This document shows positions 38,854 to 48,699 of a DNA stretch of 64,000 nt, one piece after another (within the stretch, counting starts at the first letter, position 1; every line of letters starts with the position of its first letter). Origin of the DNA: Nitrosopumilus sp. (GTDB lineage Archaea; Thermoproteota; Nitrososphaeria; Nitrososphaerales; Nitrosopumilaceae); the NCBI GenBank assembly GCA_965238275.1, contig OZ250186.1, positions 1,504,001-1,568,000 on the forward strand. Reading direction: 5' to 3'. The position numbers were made by a program, and so were the translations under genes. The notes beneath the pieces are model-generated. The model ran no database searches, was not told where the DNA came from, and worked only from the letters and a program-made list of their open reading frames with translations.

Positions 38854-39036
38854 AATCCTGTGTTTCGTACGATTATTATTTAAACCAAATGCGCGCCAGA
38901 TGTCGGGGATTTGCCCGGATGTGAACCTGCAAACAGCCGTGCCTGATCTTGGAGAATGACCGGGCGTGCACTGCCTGATTCCGGCACGGGTACACTTACG
39001 TTATTTTTAATTAGGGCGTGCAAGCGAGAATAGCAC

Positions 39037-39819
39037 ATGGTATCGGGTAGCCAGATAAGACTCAGCCGCATCCTCCGGAAGGGAAGGATGCTCTGCATTC
39101 CAATGGATCACGGGATTTCAAACGGCCCCATCAAAGGCCTTGAGGATCCTGCCTCGGTCATATACAAGTGTGACGGACGGGGCCTTACAAGCATAATCAT
39201 CAACAAGGGAATCCTAAAGTCTCTGCCAAGACCGGTCAGGGCAGGAATCCTGGTTCACTTTTCAAGCAGTACGTCGCTTTCGCTATCCCCCAACCGCAAG
39301 ATGCTGACTGGTACTGTAAAGGAGGCCGTCTCTATGGGGGCCGACGGGGTATCATTACACATCAACATTGGTGGAGCAGAGGAACCTGAGATGCTCAGGG
39401 ATCTGGGAGATATCGCAGGCCAGTGTCACAGGTGGGGCATGCCGCTTCTGGCAATGATGTACCCGAGGGGCGAGAACATCAAGAATCCGCACGACCCGGA
39501 GATTGTGGCGCATGCTGCAAGGATAGGGGCAGAGTGCGGGGCAGACATAGTCAAGACCCTGTACACCGGGGATCCGGACTCTTTTGCAGCGATTGTAAAG
39601 AGCACGCCGGTTCCGGTTGTGATTGCAGGAGGCCCCAAGGCTGAAACAGACATGGACATTCTACAGATGACTGAAGATGCCATCGGGGCCGGAGCCGCAG
39701 GGGTGACATACGGCAGAAACATCTTTGCCCACAAGGCGCCAGAGAAGATGGTGGAGGCGCTGGCAGAGATAATCTTCAAAAAGGGGACAGCCGCAGAAGC
39801 GATGAAGAGAATTGACTAA
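39037..39819 (+). CDS. aroA': 2-amino-3,7-dideoxy-D-threo-hept-6-ulosonate synthase (DhnA-type aldolase)
   Basis: PMDHG, AMMYPRG, GADIVKT, IAGGPK and GRNIF; first gene of the aro cluster. Confidence 0.88.
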   Translation: MVSGSQIRLSRILRKGRMLCIPMDHGISNGPIKGLEDPASVIYKCDGRGLTSIIINKGILKSLPRPVRAGILVHFSSSTSLSLSPNRKMLTGTVKEAVSMGADGVSLHINIGGAEEPEMLRDLGDIAGQCHRWGMPLLAMMYPRGENIKNPHDPEIVAHAARIGAECGADIVKTLYTGDPDSFAAIVKSTPVPVVIAGGPKAETDMDILQMTEDAIGAGAAGVTYGRNIFAHKAPEKMVEALAEIIFKKGTAAEAMKRID

Positions 39820-40831
39820 GTCGCGAGAACTGATAATTTTGCCCAGCGTGCCGGATGCGCAGCTGCCCGAGTTTCTTGCACAACTTGCAAAAGAGGGCAT
39901 TCAGACAGTCTATCTTGACCCTGCCAAGGCAGGCGGCATGAAGACGATTTGGGACTCGTCAGACGGCATGCTGGCAGGGAGGGATTCAATCGGAAGGAGG
40001 TTCAAGGTACTCTCAAACCAGGACATCGATGACATAATGACTGCAGCCGAGATGGGACTGGACTTTGTAATAGTGGAAGTCGATGACTGGAGGATAATCC
40101 CGCTGGAGAACATCATTGCCAAACTGCACAAGATAAACACCCGAATCCTTGCCATTGCAAGAACCCCTTCGGAGGTGAGAAAGATGTTTTCAATTCTGGA
40201 TGTGGGGGTGGACGGGGTGATCTTCAGCACCTCGTCGATCGACGAGGTAAGGGAGGCCACCGTCTACCTTGGAAACAAGAGTTTTGAGATGAGTCCTGCA
40301 GAGATCACTGAGATCAGGGAGGTCGGGGACGGCGAACGCGTCTGCGTGGACACTGCATCCATCCTGCACATCGGGGAGGGGATGCTGGTGGGCAGCAGAT
40401 CAAACTTTCTGTTCCTGGTTCACAACGAGGCTGTCGGTTCGTCATTTACATCGCCAAGACCGTTTCGGGTAAACGCCGGAGCGGTGCACTGCTACACGCT
40501 TGCACCTGACGGCACCACCAGATACCTCTCAGAAGTTGAGACGGGCACGGAGGTGCTAATCTTCAATGCCAAGGGGGGATCCAGGAGGGCGACTGTTGGA
40601 AGATCCAAGATTGAAAGAAGGCCGATGCTGATGATCAAGGCCTCTGTGGGTGACGAGACGGGAGGCATAATCGCACAGGATGCCGAGACGATACGCTTTG
40701 TAAAACCCGACGGGGAACTAGTATCAGTCACACACCTGAAGAAGGGCGACACCGTACTGGTACATTCAAAGGCTGCAACCGGCAGGCATTTTGGAATGGA
40801 AGTCTCAGATGAATACATCCTGGAAAAGTAA
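39812..40831 (+). CDS. aroB': 3-dehydroquinate synthase II
   Basis: [40 protein letters not shown] and GRHFG. Confidence 0.95.
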   Translation: MTKSRELIILPSVPDAQLPEFLAQLAKEGIQTVYLDPAKAGGMKTIWDSSDGMLAGRDSIGRRFKVLSNQDIDDIMTAAEMGLDFVIVEVDDWRIIPLENIIAKLHKINTRILAIARTPSEVRKMFSILDVGVDGVIFSTSSIDEVREATVYLGNKSFEMSPAEITEIREVGDGERVCVDTASILHIGEGMLVGSRSNFLFLVHNEAVGSSFTSPRPFRVNAGAVHCYTLAPDGTTRYLSEVETGTEVLIFNAKGGSRRATVGRSKIERRPMLMIKASVGDETGGIIAQDAETIRFVKPDGELVSVTHLKKGDTVLVHSKAATGRHFGMEVSDEYILEK

Positions 40832-41588
40832 CACGCCGTACAGGACGTGCGTATCTGTCGCAGAGCCTACCCCGCAAAAGACGGCGCAGGTGCTCACCGA
40901 GGCGCTAAAAAAGTCAGACTATGCCGAGGTGAGGCTCGACTATCTGGATTCCGGGGATGAAGAAGCAGGAATGCGGGGGGAGACCACAAAGGGGAGTCTG
41001 ACTGCCAAGGCTGCCGCCACCCCCCCGATGCACTCCGGCGTGGTTGCAGAGACGCTGGAGGCCATAAAGGGAAGTCTGGACAGGACAGTCTGCACCCTCA
41101 GGCCGGTTGCCGGGGGCGGACGGTTCCAGGGGAGCGAGGAGGAACGAATCAAGGCCCTGTCGCTCATTGCATGGTACAAGCCGTTCCTCCTGGACGTGGA
41201 GTTTGAGACGCTGCAAAGATTTCCCATACTTGCAAAACTCATCAAGTCCGCCGGAACAAGGCTGCTTGTGTCCTGGCATGATTTTAACGGGACCCCTGAT
41301 GCCGAGAAGCTGCAGGCGCAGATGGATGCGATGTCCGAGCATTCGTCATGGATAAAGCTGGTATGCATGGCAGAATCAAATGATGATGCCTCAAGAATGC
41401 TTGCACTGTACGGCAGAAAGGGCGACAGACACCTGATATCCTTTGCAATGGGCGATCACGGCAGCGCCTCAAGAATCCTGTGCCTGTACCTTGGCAGCCC
41501 GTACACGTACGTCTCGCTTGGACGCGCCGTCGCGCCGGGCCAGATTGATGTTGACAGGATGAGGAAGATAATATCTGGGAAATGCTGA
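40809..41588 (+). CDS. aroD: Type I 3-dehydroquinate dehydratase with an in-frame insertion
   Basis: AEVRLDY, CTLR...GG, DVE, VSWHDF..TP, FAMG...SR and APGQI; start uncertain. Confidence 0.9.
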   Translation: MNTSWKSNTPYRTCVSVAEPTPQKTAQVLTEALKKSDYAEVRLDYLDSGDEEAGMRGETTKGSLTAKAAATPPMHSGVVAETLEAIKGSLDRTVCTLRPVAGGGRFQGSEEERIKALSLIAWYKPFLLDVEFETLQRFPILAKLIKSAGTRLLVSWHDFNGTPDAEKLQAQMDAMSEHSSWIKLVCMAESNDDASRMLALYGRKGDRHLISFAMGDHGSASRILCLYLGSPYTYVSLGRAVAPGQIDVDRMRKIISGKC

Positions 41589-41856
41589 GGCATCCGTCCA
41601 AGCTCATGCGTGAATTTTGGGATTGGTTGGGCATACCCAGGTGCCAGCGGCGGCACGGCATTCCACATGACCTGGTGCTACAGAGGCGTTCAGTCCGAAC
41701 CGACTGCCCCCAATCTGCGTTTTGTGTATGCCACTTGCGTCAAGATGGTACTATGCAGGGTTTTGATCTGAAGGGATCCCAGCACGATTTTCCATGCATG
41801 CGGCCTGTCGCACTGATCGGAATGCTTCAAAAAACATAGCTGCGCCAGTCTGCGCG

Positions 41857-42219
41857 TCACGGACTGCCTGACTGGGCCTGTCTCACCAGTTTGTCTGCGA
41901 ATTCATCGGCTAGCCGAAATGCCAGATTTTCCATCGCTTTTGATCTGGGCGAATCGGATTCAAACTTGTACATTATGGCCCTGCCCACATTTCTGGTTTT
42001 TTGCAGTATTTCCTCCCTTTCGAGCTTGCGAACTACGCCAAGGGTGGTTTTGAAACCAACGCCTGAGATCCTGGAAATATCCGATATCGAGTAGTCAAGG
42101 TCATTCATGGCAATCATGTGATCCAGTATCTTGGATTCCGAGCACGGAAGGAGGCGTTCGAGCGGTCCGGGCCCGTCAAGCGTGTTTTCAAAGGTCTCCG
42201 ATTCTTGCGTCATCTTCAT
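41857..42219 (-). CDS. Winged-helix transcriptional regulator (putative antitoxin or repressor)
   Basis: SKILDHM...DYSISDISRISGVGFKTTLGVVRKLEREEIL..TRNVGRAIMYK is a wHTH with beta-wing. Confidence 0.85.
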   Translation of the reverse strand: MKMTQESETFENTLDGPGPLERLLPCSESKILDHMIAMNDLDYSISDISRISGVGFKTTLGVVRKLEREEILQKTRNVGRAIMYKFESDSPRSKAMENLAFRLADEFADKLVRQAQSGSP

Positions 42220-42221
42220 AT

Positions 42222-42310
42222 GCTTTGTATGACATCTAGTTATATAAATTAGTATATGATGTTGTGTAATCTATAACATAATCGTTATAAGCAACTCGCG
42301 GTTATAATGT
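42222..42310. promoter_or_regulatory. Divergent AT-rich promoter with palindromic operator-like sites
   Basis: TATAAC-N6-GTTATA (42272-42289); further GTTATA at 42239 and 42301; TATA-like TTATATAAA. Confidence 0.55.
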
Positions 42311-42562
42311 ATGAGTTTGAGAGACATAGTAACAAGGCAGATTTTGAGAAAGATGTACTACGATGGATACATCGGGGCCAGACACACATCTGTGGACAAC
42401 CTACAAAAGGGCTTCCCAAAACACGAGCGCGGGAATGCAAACGATGCCGTCCAAAAACTGATAAGACAAAATCTTATAATTCCCAAATCCACATCTTATG
42501 GAAAGCATTGTTCACTTAATCACAATGAAATTAAAGAGATTAAAAGACTGATTGGCGTCTAG
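42311..42562 (+). CDS. Small basic hypothetical protein (wHTH-like; putative toxin)
   Basis: 83 aa with motif G.RHT..DNL.KGFPKH.RG...KLI...LI..K.TSYG...SLN; AT-rich codon usage. Confidence 0.8.
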   Translation: MSLRDIVTRQILRKMYYDGYIGARHTSVDNLQKGFPKHERGNANDAVQKLIRQNLIIPKSTSYGKHCSLNHNEIKEIKRLIGV

Positions 42563-42826
42563 TTCGATACAATGGTGCCTGGTGTTTCTGGAACTGCTGT
42601 TTTGGTAAAAGCAAGCACTTTCAGGATCGCTTGATGTGCCCGCTCCCGCCGTGCAAAGCAGGACACAAGAAATCATCGCTTCAGGCAGACTTGACAATGG
42701 GTTTTGGCGGATCGCTTGCGACTTGCCATGACTGTCGCAAAAGACTGACTTGGGCATGCCCGGAGGCAACTGCCTGATTCATCCTGTTAAGAATTTAAAT
42801 TCAGTCATGCCGCCTCGAAGAGTACC

Positions 42827-43651
42827 ATGACTAGGACGTTTGCCGTAATCGGTGATCCCATTGATCACTCCATGTCCCCAAACATCCACAGTGCGGCATT
42901 CAGGGAGCTTGGCATGGACTGCGCATACATCGCATACAGGATTCCAAGGGACGAGCTTGAGGAGGGCCTGGAGGGCCTCAAGAGGATCAAAGTCGACGGG
43001 TTCAACGTTACGATCCCCCACAAGATTGAGATGATGAGGCATCTTGACCGGGTCGACGAGTCATGCAGCCTGATCGGCGCAGTCAACACCGTTACAAACA
43101 GGGACGGACTGCTCAAGGGGTACAACACGGACATGGACGGATTCCTGGATCCCCTCAAAGAGAGGCGCCCTGACATCGGCGGCTCATCAGTGCTGCTGCT
43201 TGGCGCCGGAGGAGCCGCAAGGGCGCTGGTCACGGCATTTGCAAGGGAGGGCGCAGCAGGCATCACGATTGCAAACAGGACAGTGCAGAAGGCAGCCGGC
43301 CTTGCAGAGTTTGCCCAGAGGATGCATCTGAAGTCCAGGGCGGTCGGAATTGACAGCATAGGGGACTCTGCAAAGGACTATGACATTATTGTAAATGCCA
43401 CTGCCGCAGGACTCAGGGGGGAGCCCAGCCCGATCTCCCTGAAGGGCATATCTGCAGACACCATAGTGTACGATATAGTGTACTCCCCGATGAATACGGA
43501 CTTTATCCGGAAGGCAAAGGAAGAAAAGGCCGTCATAATCTTTGGTTATGAGATGCTTTTGGGACAGGCGGCAAGGACCTTTGAGATTTGGCACGACGGC
43601 ACCAAGCCACCATACAAGGCCATGAAGCGGGCGCTGCTTGGAGGGTTCTGA
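42827..43651 (+). CDS. aroE: Shikimate dehydrogenase
   Basis: GDPIDHSMSP, NVTIPHK, GAVNT, NTD, GAGGAARA, NRT and YDIVYSP. Confidence 0.96.
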   Translation: MTRTFAVIGDPIDHSMSPNIHSAAFRELGMDCAYIAYRIPRDELEEGLEGLKRIKVDGFNVTIPHKIEMMRHLDRVDESCSLIGAVNTVTNRDGLLKGYNTDMDGFLDPLKERRPDIGGSSVLLLGAGGAARALVTAFAREGAAGITIANRTVQKAAGLAEFAQRMHLKSRAVGIDSIGDSAKDYDIIVNATAAGLRGEPSPISLKGISADTIVYDIVYSPMNTDFIRKAKEEKAVIIFGYEMLLGQAARTFEIWHDGTKPPYKAMKRALLGGF

Positions 43652-44508
43652 TGGCAGGGGCAAGGGCCACCGTTCACGGCGCAGTATCGCTTGTAAACGC
43701 AATAGCCATCCAAAAGGGCGCCACTGTGGGAATCGCCCTGAAGGTGGAGGCGACAGTACGTACGGCGCCTGGAAAGGGAGCAGTCGTCATACAGTCCGAC
43801 AAGCCTACAAGCTCCCGACTCGTACGCGGCACGGTGGCAAAGATAGTCTCAAAGAGAAACAGGGATCAGAACAGGATCACAGTATCGCTTGACTCTGAGA
43901 TTCCCGCAGGATACGGACTGAAGAGTTCCAGCGCCATCTCAAGTGCCGTGGCCCTGGCATGTGCGCGGATCTTCAAACCCGGACTCACAGACAGGCAGAT
44001 TCTGCTTGCAGGCGTCAACGCCTCAATCGAGTCCAGGGTCAGCATCACGGGGGCGTATGACGATGCATGCTCATGCTACTATGGGGGGTTCAACGTTACT
44101 GACAATGCAAAGAGAAAAAGGATCGCATTCGAGGACGGCCCGTCAGACATGACTGCAGTGATCCACGTTCCCAGAAAGAGAAAGAGGGGAAACATCAGGA
44201 ACCTCAGGAACCTCTCCTCCGTGTTTGGGCACGCCTGGGAACTGGCAAGGGACGCAAGATACTGGGATGCCATGACCATCAACGGGCTGGCGACTGCCGC
44301 CGTGCTGGGGGGACGCGATTCGGGAATCATTGCTGATCTTGTCGGGCGGGGCGCAGTCGGCGCATCAATATCCGGGAACGGCCCGGCAATCGCAGCGGTG
44401 GTCCAAAAGGGCAACGAATCGGGAATCAAAAGGGTGTTTGCAGCACTTGACGGAACCACCATACTTTCAGACATAAGCAACACAAAGGCGCATGTCCATG
44501 AGGTGTAG
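43651..44508 (+). CDS. aroK: Archaeal shikimate kinase (GHMP family)
   Basis: SEIPAGYGLKSSSA, SITGAYDD and SGNGP; ATG overlaps the aroE stop. Confidence 0.94.
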   Translation: MAGARATVHGAVSLVNAIAIQKGATVGIALKVEATVRTAPGKGAVVIQSDKPTSSRLVRGTVAKIVSKRNRDQNRITVSLDSEIPAGYGLKSSSAISSAVALACARIFKPGLTDRQILLAGVNASIESRVSITGAYDDACSCYYGGFNVTDNAKRKRIAFEDGPSDMTAVIHVPRKRKRGNIRNLRNLSSVFGHAWELARDARYWDAMTINGLATAAVLGGRDSGIIADLVGRGAVGASISGNGPAIAAVVQKGNESGIKRVFAALDGTTILSDISNTKAHVHEV

Positions 44509-45778
44509 GGTGGAGAGATCAACCATATCGGGGAGCATCCAGTGTCCCCCCAACAAGAGCTACACGCACAGGGCAATCTTTCTTGCCTCGCTTGCAGGGG
44601 GCGGCAGCACGGTGAAAAACATCCTGTCCTCTGCAGACACGGCAGCAACCATCGAGGCCTGCAAAAAATTCGGGGCAGTCATCACCGCCAAGGGCTCCTC
44701 AATAACAGTCAAAAGCCCCATAACAACAGACGCGCGCGTGCCTGAGATTAATACGGAAAACTCTGGCACCACCATCAGAATCGCATCCGGCATTGCGGGC
44801 CTCTTCTCTGAGAGGATCACGCTCACAGGCGACCAGAGTCTCCAAAAGAGGCCGATGCAGCCGCTGCTTGATGCGCTTGCAAGCATGGGTGCCGAGTGCA
44901 CCTCTACTGGCGGACGGCCGCCAATCAGCATCAGGGGAAGGATTCGCGGCGGAAGCATCCGGATTCCAGGCGATCTGTCAAGCCAGTTCATATCCGCCCT
45001 GATGATTGCAGCACCGCTGACAGGAAACGGCATAAACCTGGTCATCGAGGGAAACATGGTCTCAAAGCCATACCTTGATGCAACCATTGCAACCATGAGA
45101 CGATTCGGCGTGTCAGTCCAGACTGTGATCCCGTACAAGAGGTACAACATAGCACCCCAGATATACCGGCCCGGGACATTTACAGTCCCGATTGACTTTT
45201 CAAGCCTTGCGCTGCTTCTCTCGGCTGCCGCGCTCAACGGGGACGGGATTACCATCCTGGGCAATATCGGCGACCTGCCCCAGAGCGACGAGGTATTCAT
45301 TGACATTCTAGAACAGATGGGGGCAGAGATCCTCATCGGCGACGGGGAGATTGGCATAAAGGCGCCTGACCGGTTGAGAGGCGGCAGGTTTGATCTGAAC
45401 AACTCGCCGGACCTGCTTCCGCCCCTCTCGATACTGGCACTGAAATCATCAGAACCCATTGAGATTGTAAACGTAAGACATGCAAGACTCAAGGAGACTG
45501 ACAGGATTGCAGTAATCGCAAGGGAGCTTGAAAAGCTCGGCGTCGGAGTCCTGGAAAGGGATGACGGCCTCGTCCTGAATCCGCCAGACACGCTGCACGG
45601 GGCTGACATGAACTCGGAAAACGATCACCGGCTGTTCATGGCATTTTGCATAGCCTGCATGCATGTGGGGGGCTGCACCGTAACGGATCCCGAGTCAGTC
45701 AGGATATCCTATCCGGACTTTATCAATGAGATGCGCCGCATCGGGGCAATAATTCAGCAGGATGATGATGAGGAGTAG
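44492..45778 (+). CDS. aroA: EPSP synthase
   Basis: KSYTHR, NSGTTIR, RPM, SSQFISAL, RLKETDRI and DHR; start may be 44498. Confidence 0.96.
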   Translation: MSMRCRVERSTISGSIQCPPNKSYTHRAIFLASLAGGGSTVKNILSSADTAATIEACKKFGAVITAKGSSITVKSPITTDARVPEINTENSGTTIRIASGIAGLFSERITLTGDQSLQKRPMQPLLDALASMGAECTSTGGRPPISIRGRIRGGSIRIPGDLSSQFISALMIAAPLTGNGINLVIEGNMVSKPYLDATIATMRRFGVSVQTVIPYKRYNIAPQIYRPGTFTVPIDFSSLALLLSAAALNGDGITILGNIGDLPQSDEVFIDILEQMGAEILIGDGEIGIKAPDRLRGGRFDLNNSPDLLPPLSILALKSSEPIEIVNVRHARLKETDRIAVIARELEKLGVGVLERDDGLVLNPPDTLHGADMNSENDHRLFMAFCIACMHVGGCTVTDPESVRISYPDFINEMRRIGAIIQQDDDEE

Positions 45779-45780
45779 TG

Positions 45781-46001
45781 GCGCGATCCCGTATATGGCA
45801 GGACACACTCCTATCCACAACGCCTTTGCGTTGATAACATGCATTTTTCACGGGATCGCGCAGATTATGCCATGAAATTTACACGTTTGGCCATAATGTA
45901 ACATATACGTAATTATGATATATAACAGTGTGTGAATCGCGCAGATTGCATGAAATTTACACGTTTGGCCATATAACATAGTAATTATGATATATAACAG
46001 T
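45781..46001. repeat. 12-bp inverted repeat followed by a degenerate ~70-bp AT-rich direct duplication
   Basis: GCGCGATCCCGT (45781-45792) and ACGGGATCGCGC (45850-45861). Copies 45855-45929 and 45936-46001 share ATCGCGCAGATT, CATGAAATTTACACGTTTGGCCATA and GTAATTATGATATATAACAGT. Confidence 0.85.
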
Positions 46002-46232
46002 TAATTGCAATTTTTACAAGTAATGTACCCAAAACCATGATTTATTGGGCCTGGCTACGTCAGGACATCCCTCGGGATTCGGGTTACGCCTGTGTGAACC
46101 GTGCAGGCTGCCGTCGTGCCTGGTTGGATTGCATGGGCATGCACGCGCCATCTGCCCCATTCGGGCCCGGCGTGCCTGCGATGGGCATGGCAGGGATGAG
46201 GAATTATAAGCATGGCTTGATTCTGATATTGT

Positions 46233-47327
46233 ATGCCGGGAAACTCCATTGGTCAGCGTCTGGTGCTTACAAGCTTTGGCGAAAGCCATGGGAAGGTCGT
46301 CGGGGCGGTTCTGGACGGATGCCCCGCGGGACTGGAGCTTGACGAGTCTGATATCCAGGGCATGCTTGACAAGAGAAGGCCCGGCCAGAACATCATCTCA
46401 ACGCAGAGAAAGGAGACTGACGTTGTGGAGATTATATCTGGGGTCTTTAGGGGGCATACCACCGGGGCGCCGATTACGATGCTGATATGCAACAGTGATC
46501 AGAGATCCGGCGATTATGACGAGATGAGGACAAGGCTGAGGCCGGGCCATTCGGACTATCCTGCGATGATAAAGTACGGCAGATACAATGACTACCGGGG
46601 AGGGGGCAGGTTCTCCGGAAGACTGACTGCCACCCACGTGATGGGGGGCGCCATTGCAAGAAAGCTTCTGCTGGTTGCCATGGGGGTGAAGACGGACTCG
46701 TATACGCTCCAGATAGGCAGTACAAAGATGAAGAAGGGGTTCACCCGGGGGATGTCAGGCGCAATTTATAAAAACGAGGTCAGGTGCCCGGAGGCCGGGA
46801 CCGCAGAGGAGATGCGCAGGGAGATCCTGAATGCAAAAAAGAGCGGGGACTCGCTTGGCGGAATAATCGAGTCAGTCACAACCAACGTCCCGACGGGACT
46901 CGGCGAGCCGATATTTGGCTCGCTGGAATCGGATCTGGGAAAGGCGATATTCTCAATCCCGTCAGTCAAGGGCGTGGAGTTTGGCTCCGGATTTGCAGGA
47001 TCAGGGATGCGAGGCTCGGAGAACAACGATATCTATACCGTCCGAAAGGGAAAGATAGTCACGAGGACCAACAACTCGGGCGGGATTCTTGGCGGAATAT
47101 CAATTGGCATGCCCATTACCATGAGGGTGGCCTTCAAGCCGGCATCGTCGATTGCCCAGAAGCAGGATACAGTAGACATCGATACCAACAGGAAGGCGGT
47201 GCTCAGCGTAAAGGGACGGCACGATCCGTGCGTGGTTCCCAGGGCCCCGCCGGTCGTGGATTCGCTTGTGGCGCTGACAATAGCGGATCATGCCCTGATG
47301 GCAGGAGAGATCAAGCCGGTTTTGTAG
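46233..47327 (+). CDS. aroC: Chorismate synthase
   Basis: FGESHG, RPGHSD, GGGRFSGR, DSLGG, GGILGGIS and GRHDPCV. Confidence 0.97.
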   Translation: MPGNSIGQRLVLTSFGESHGKVVGAVLDGCPAGLELDESDIQGMLDKRRPGQNIISTQRKETDVVEIISGVFRGHTTGAPITMLICNSDQRSGDYDEMRTRLRPGHSDYPAMIKYGRYNDYRGGGRFSGRLTATHVMGGAIARKLLLVAMGVKTDSYTLQIGSTKMKKGFTRGMSGAIYKNEVRCPEAGTAEEMRREILNAKKSGDSLGGIIESVTTNVPTGLGEPIFGSLESDLGKAIFSIPSVKGVEFGSGFAGSGMRGSENNDIYTVRKGKIVTRTNNSGGILGGISIGMPITMRVAFKPASSIAQKQDTVDIDTNRKAVLSVKGRHDPCVVPRAPPVVDSLVALTIADHALMAGEIKPVL

Positions 47328-47328
47328 C

Positions 47329-48699
47329 ATGTCTGAGATAGATAGGCTCCGAGAGGAGATGGACACGGTGACCCTTGACATGATACGGCTGCTGGGCCTC
47401 CGGATTGAGATATCCAAGAAGATGGGTGCTGCAAAGAGACGCAGCGGCGTGGCAGTCAACGACGAGGTGCGGGAGGCGGACCTGCGCGGCAAGGTAACAC
47501 GCCTGTGCGGCGAACTCGGCCTGGACAGGTCAGTTGCAGTACGGTTCCTAAGCTACATGATAAACGAGTCAGTAAAGGTCCAGTCAGCAGACATCCGGAC
47601 ACACCTGTCAGTATTTCTCAAGGCAAAATCGCTGGAGGCGCAGGGCAGAAGGATAATACACATGGAAGTCGGCGAGCCGGACTTTATGCCTCCGGGCATC
47701 GTCCGGGATGCGCTGACAGATGCCTTTGACAAGGGGCTCCTCAAGTACGGCCCGGCCACGGGCATTCCTGCATTCAGGGAGGCGCTTGCCGGATACGCCT
47801 CAAAAAAATTCAATGCCGATGTGACACCAGACAACATCATCGTGAGTCCCGGTGCCCGTTTTTCAATATTTGCTGCAATCACGACGCTTCTCAATCCTGG
47901 AGACGAGATGATAGTAATAGAGCCTGCATGGCCTGCATACCGGGACTGCGCCTTGCACGCAGGAGTCAAGGTCGAGACAGTCCGCACTAGCATGGCAGAC
48001 AGGTGGGAGCCGTCCGTGGAGCAGGTACAAGAGAAGATCAATGAAAACACAAAGATGATCGTGCTCAACTACCCAAACAACCCCACGGGCAAGATTCTGG
48101 ATGCAAAAGTGCAAGATGGGATAATGAAGGCTGTCATGGAAAATGATCTGTATGTGCTTAGCGATGAGATCTATTCAGAGTATGCGGGGCCGGGCTGGAA
48201 GAGCATTCTGGAGTACGGCTACAAAAAAAGCATAGTCACGCAGTCCTTCTCAAAATCCCACGCCATGACAGGCTTTAGAATCGGGTTTGCAGTGGCTCGT
48301 CAGGACATAATCCAAAAGATGGCCCGGCTGTGGTCGCTCTGCATAACAAGTGTTGCAGAGCCTGTCCAGTATGCGGCCATGAGGGCCCTTGAGGCAGACA
48401 CGTCAGGCAACGCAGAGACGATACGGGGAAGGCTTGAAGTGCTGGCACAAAAGGCCGGAGAGATAGGACTGGACTTTGTCGCCCCTGACGGCGCAATGTA
48501 CCTGTTTGCAAGGGTCAGCCAGAACGGCTTTGACGGGGTCCGTTTTGCCGACAGGGCCCTTGAAAGGGGCCTGGCAGTGGCCCCCGGGGAGGGGTTTGGC
48601 AACTACAAGGACTTTATCCGAATATCGGCATGCCGGGATGAAAAAACACTAATTGAGGGCTTGCGTATATTGGGTGACATCATGGGCGAGGAACAATGA
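47329..48699 (+). CDS. Chorismate mutase (AroQ)-class I aminotransferase fusion
   Basis: N-terminal LREEMD...R...MGAAK...RE (AroQ), then GEPDF, NYPNNPTG, SDEIY and SFSKSHAMTGFRIG. Confidence 0.9.
   Translation: MSEIDRLREEMDTVTLDMIRLLGLRIEISKKMGAAKRRSGVAVNDEVREADLRGKVTRLCGELGLDRSVAVRFLSYMINESVKVQSADIRTHLSVFLKAKSLEAQGRRIIHMEVGEPDFMPPGIVRDALTDAFDKGLLKYGPATGIPAFREALAGYASKKFNADVTPDNIIVSPGARFSIFAAITTLLNPGDEMIVIEPAWPAYRDCALHAGVKVETVRTSMADRWEPSVEQVQEKINENTKMIVLNYPNNPTGKILDAKVQDGIMKAVMENDLYVLSDEIYSEYAGPGWKSILEYGYKKSIVTQSFSKSHAMTGFRIGFAVARQDIIQKMARLWSLCITSVAEPVQYAAMRALEADTSGNAETIRGRLEVLAQKAGEIGLDFVAPDGAMYLFARVSQNGFDGVRFADRALERGLAVAPGEGFGNYKDFIRISACRDEKTLIEGLRILGDIMGEEQ

Noticed and set aside
45855-46001. 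Possible mini-CRISPR
   Set aside because: Only two copies, and the would-be spacers are themselves duplicated.
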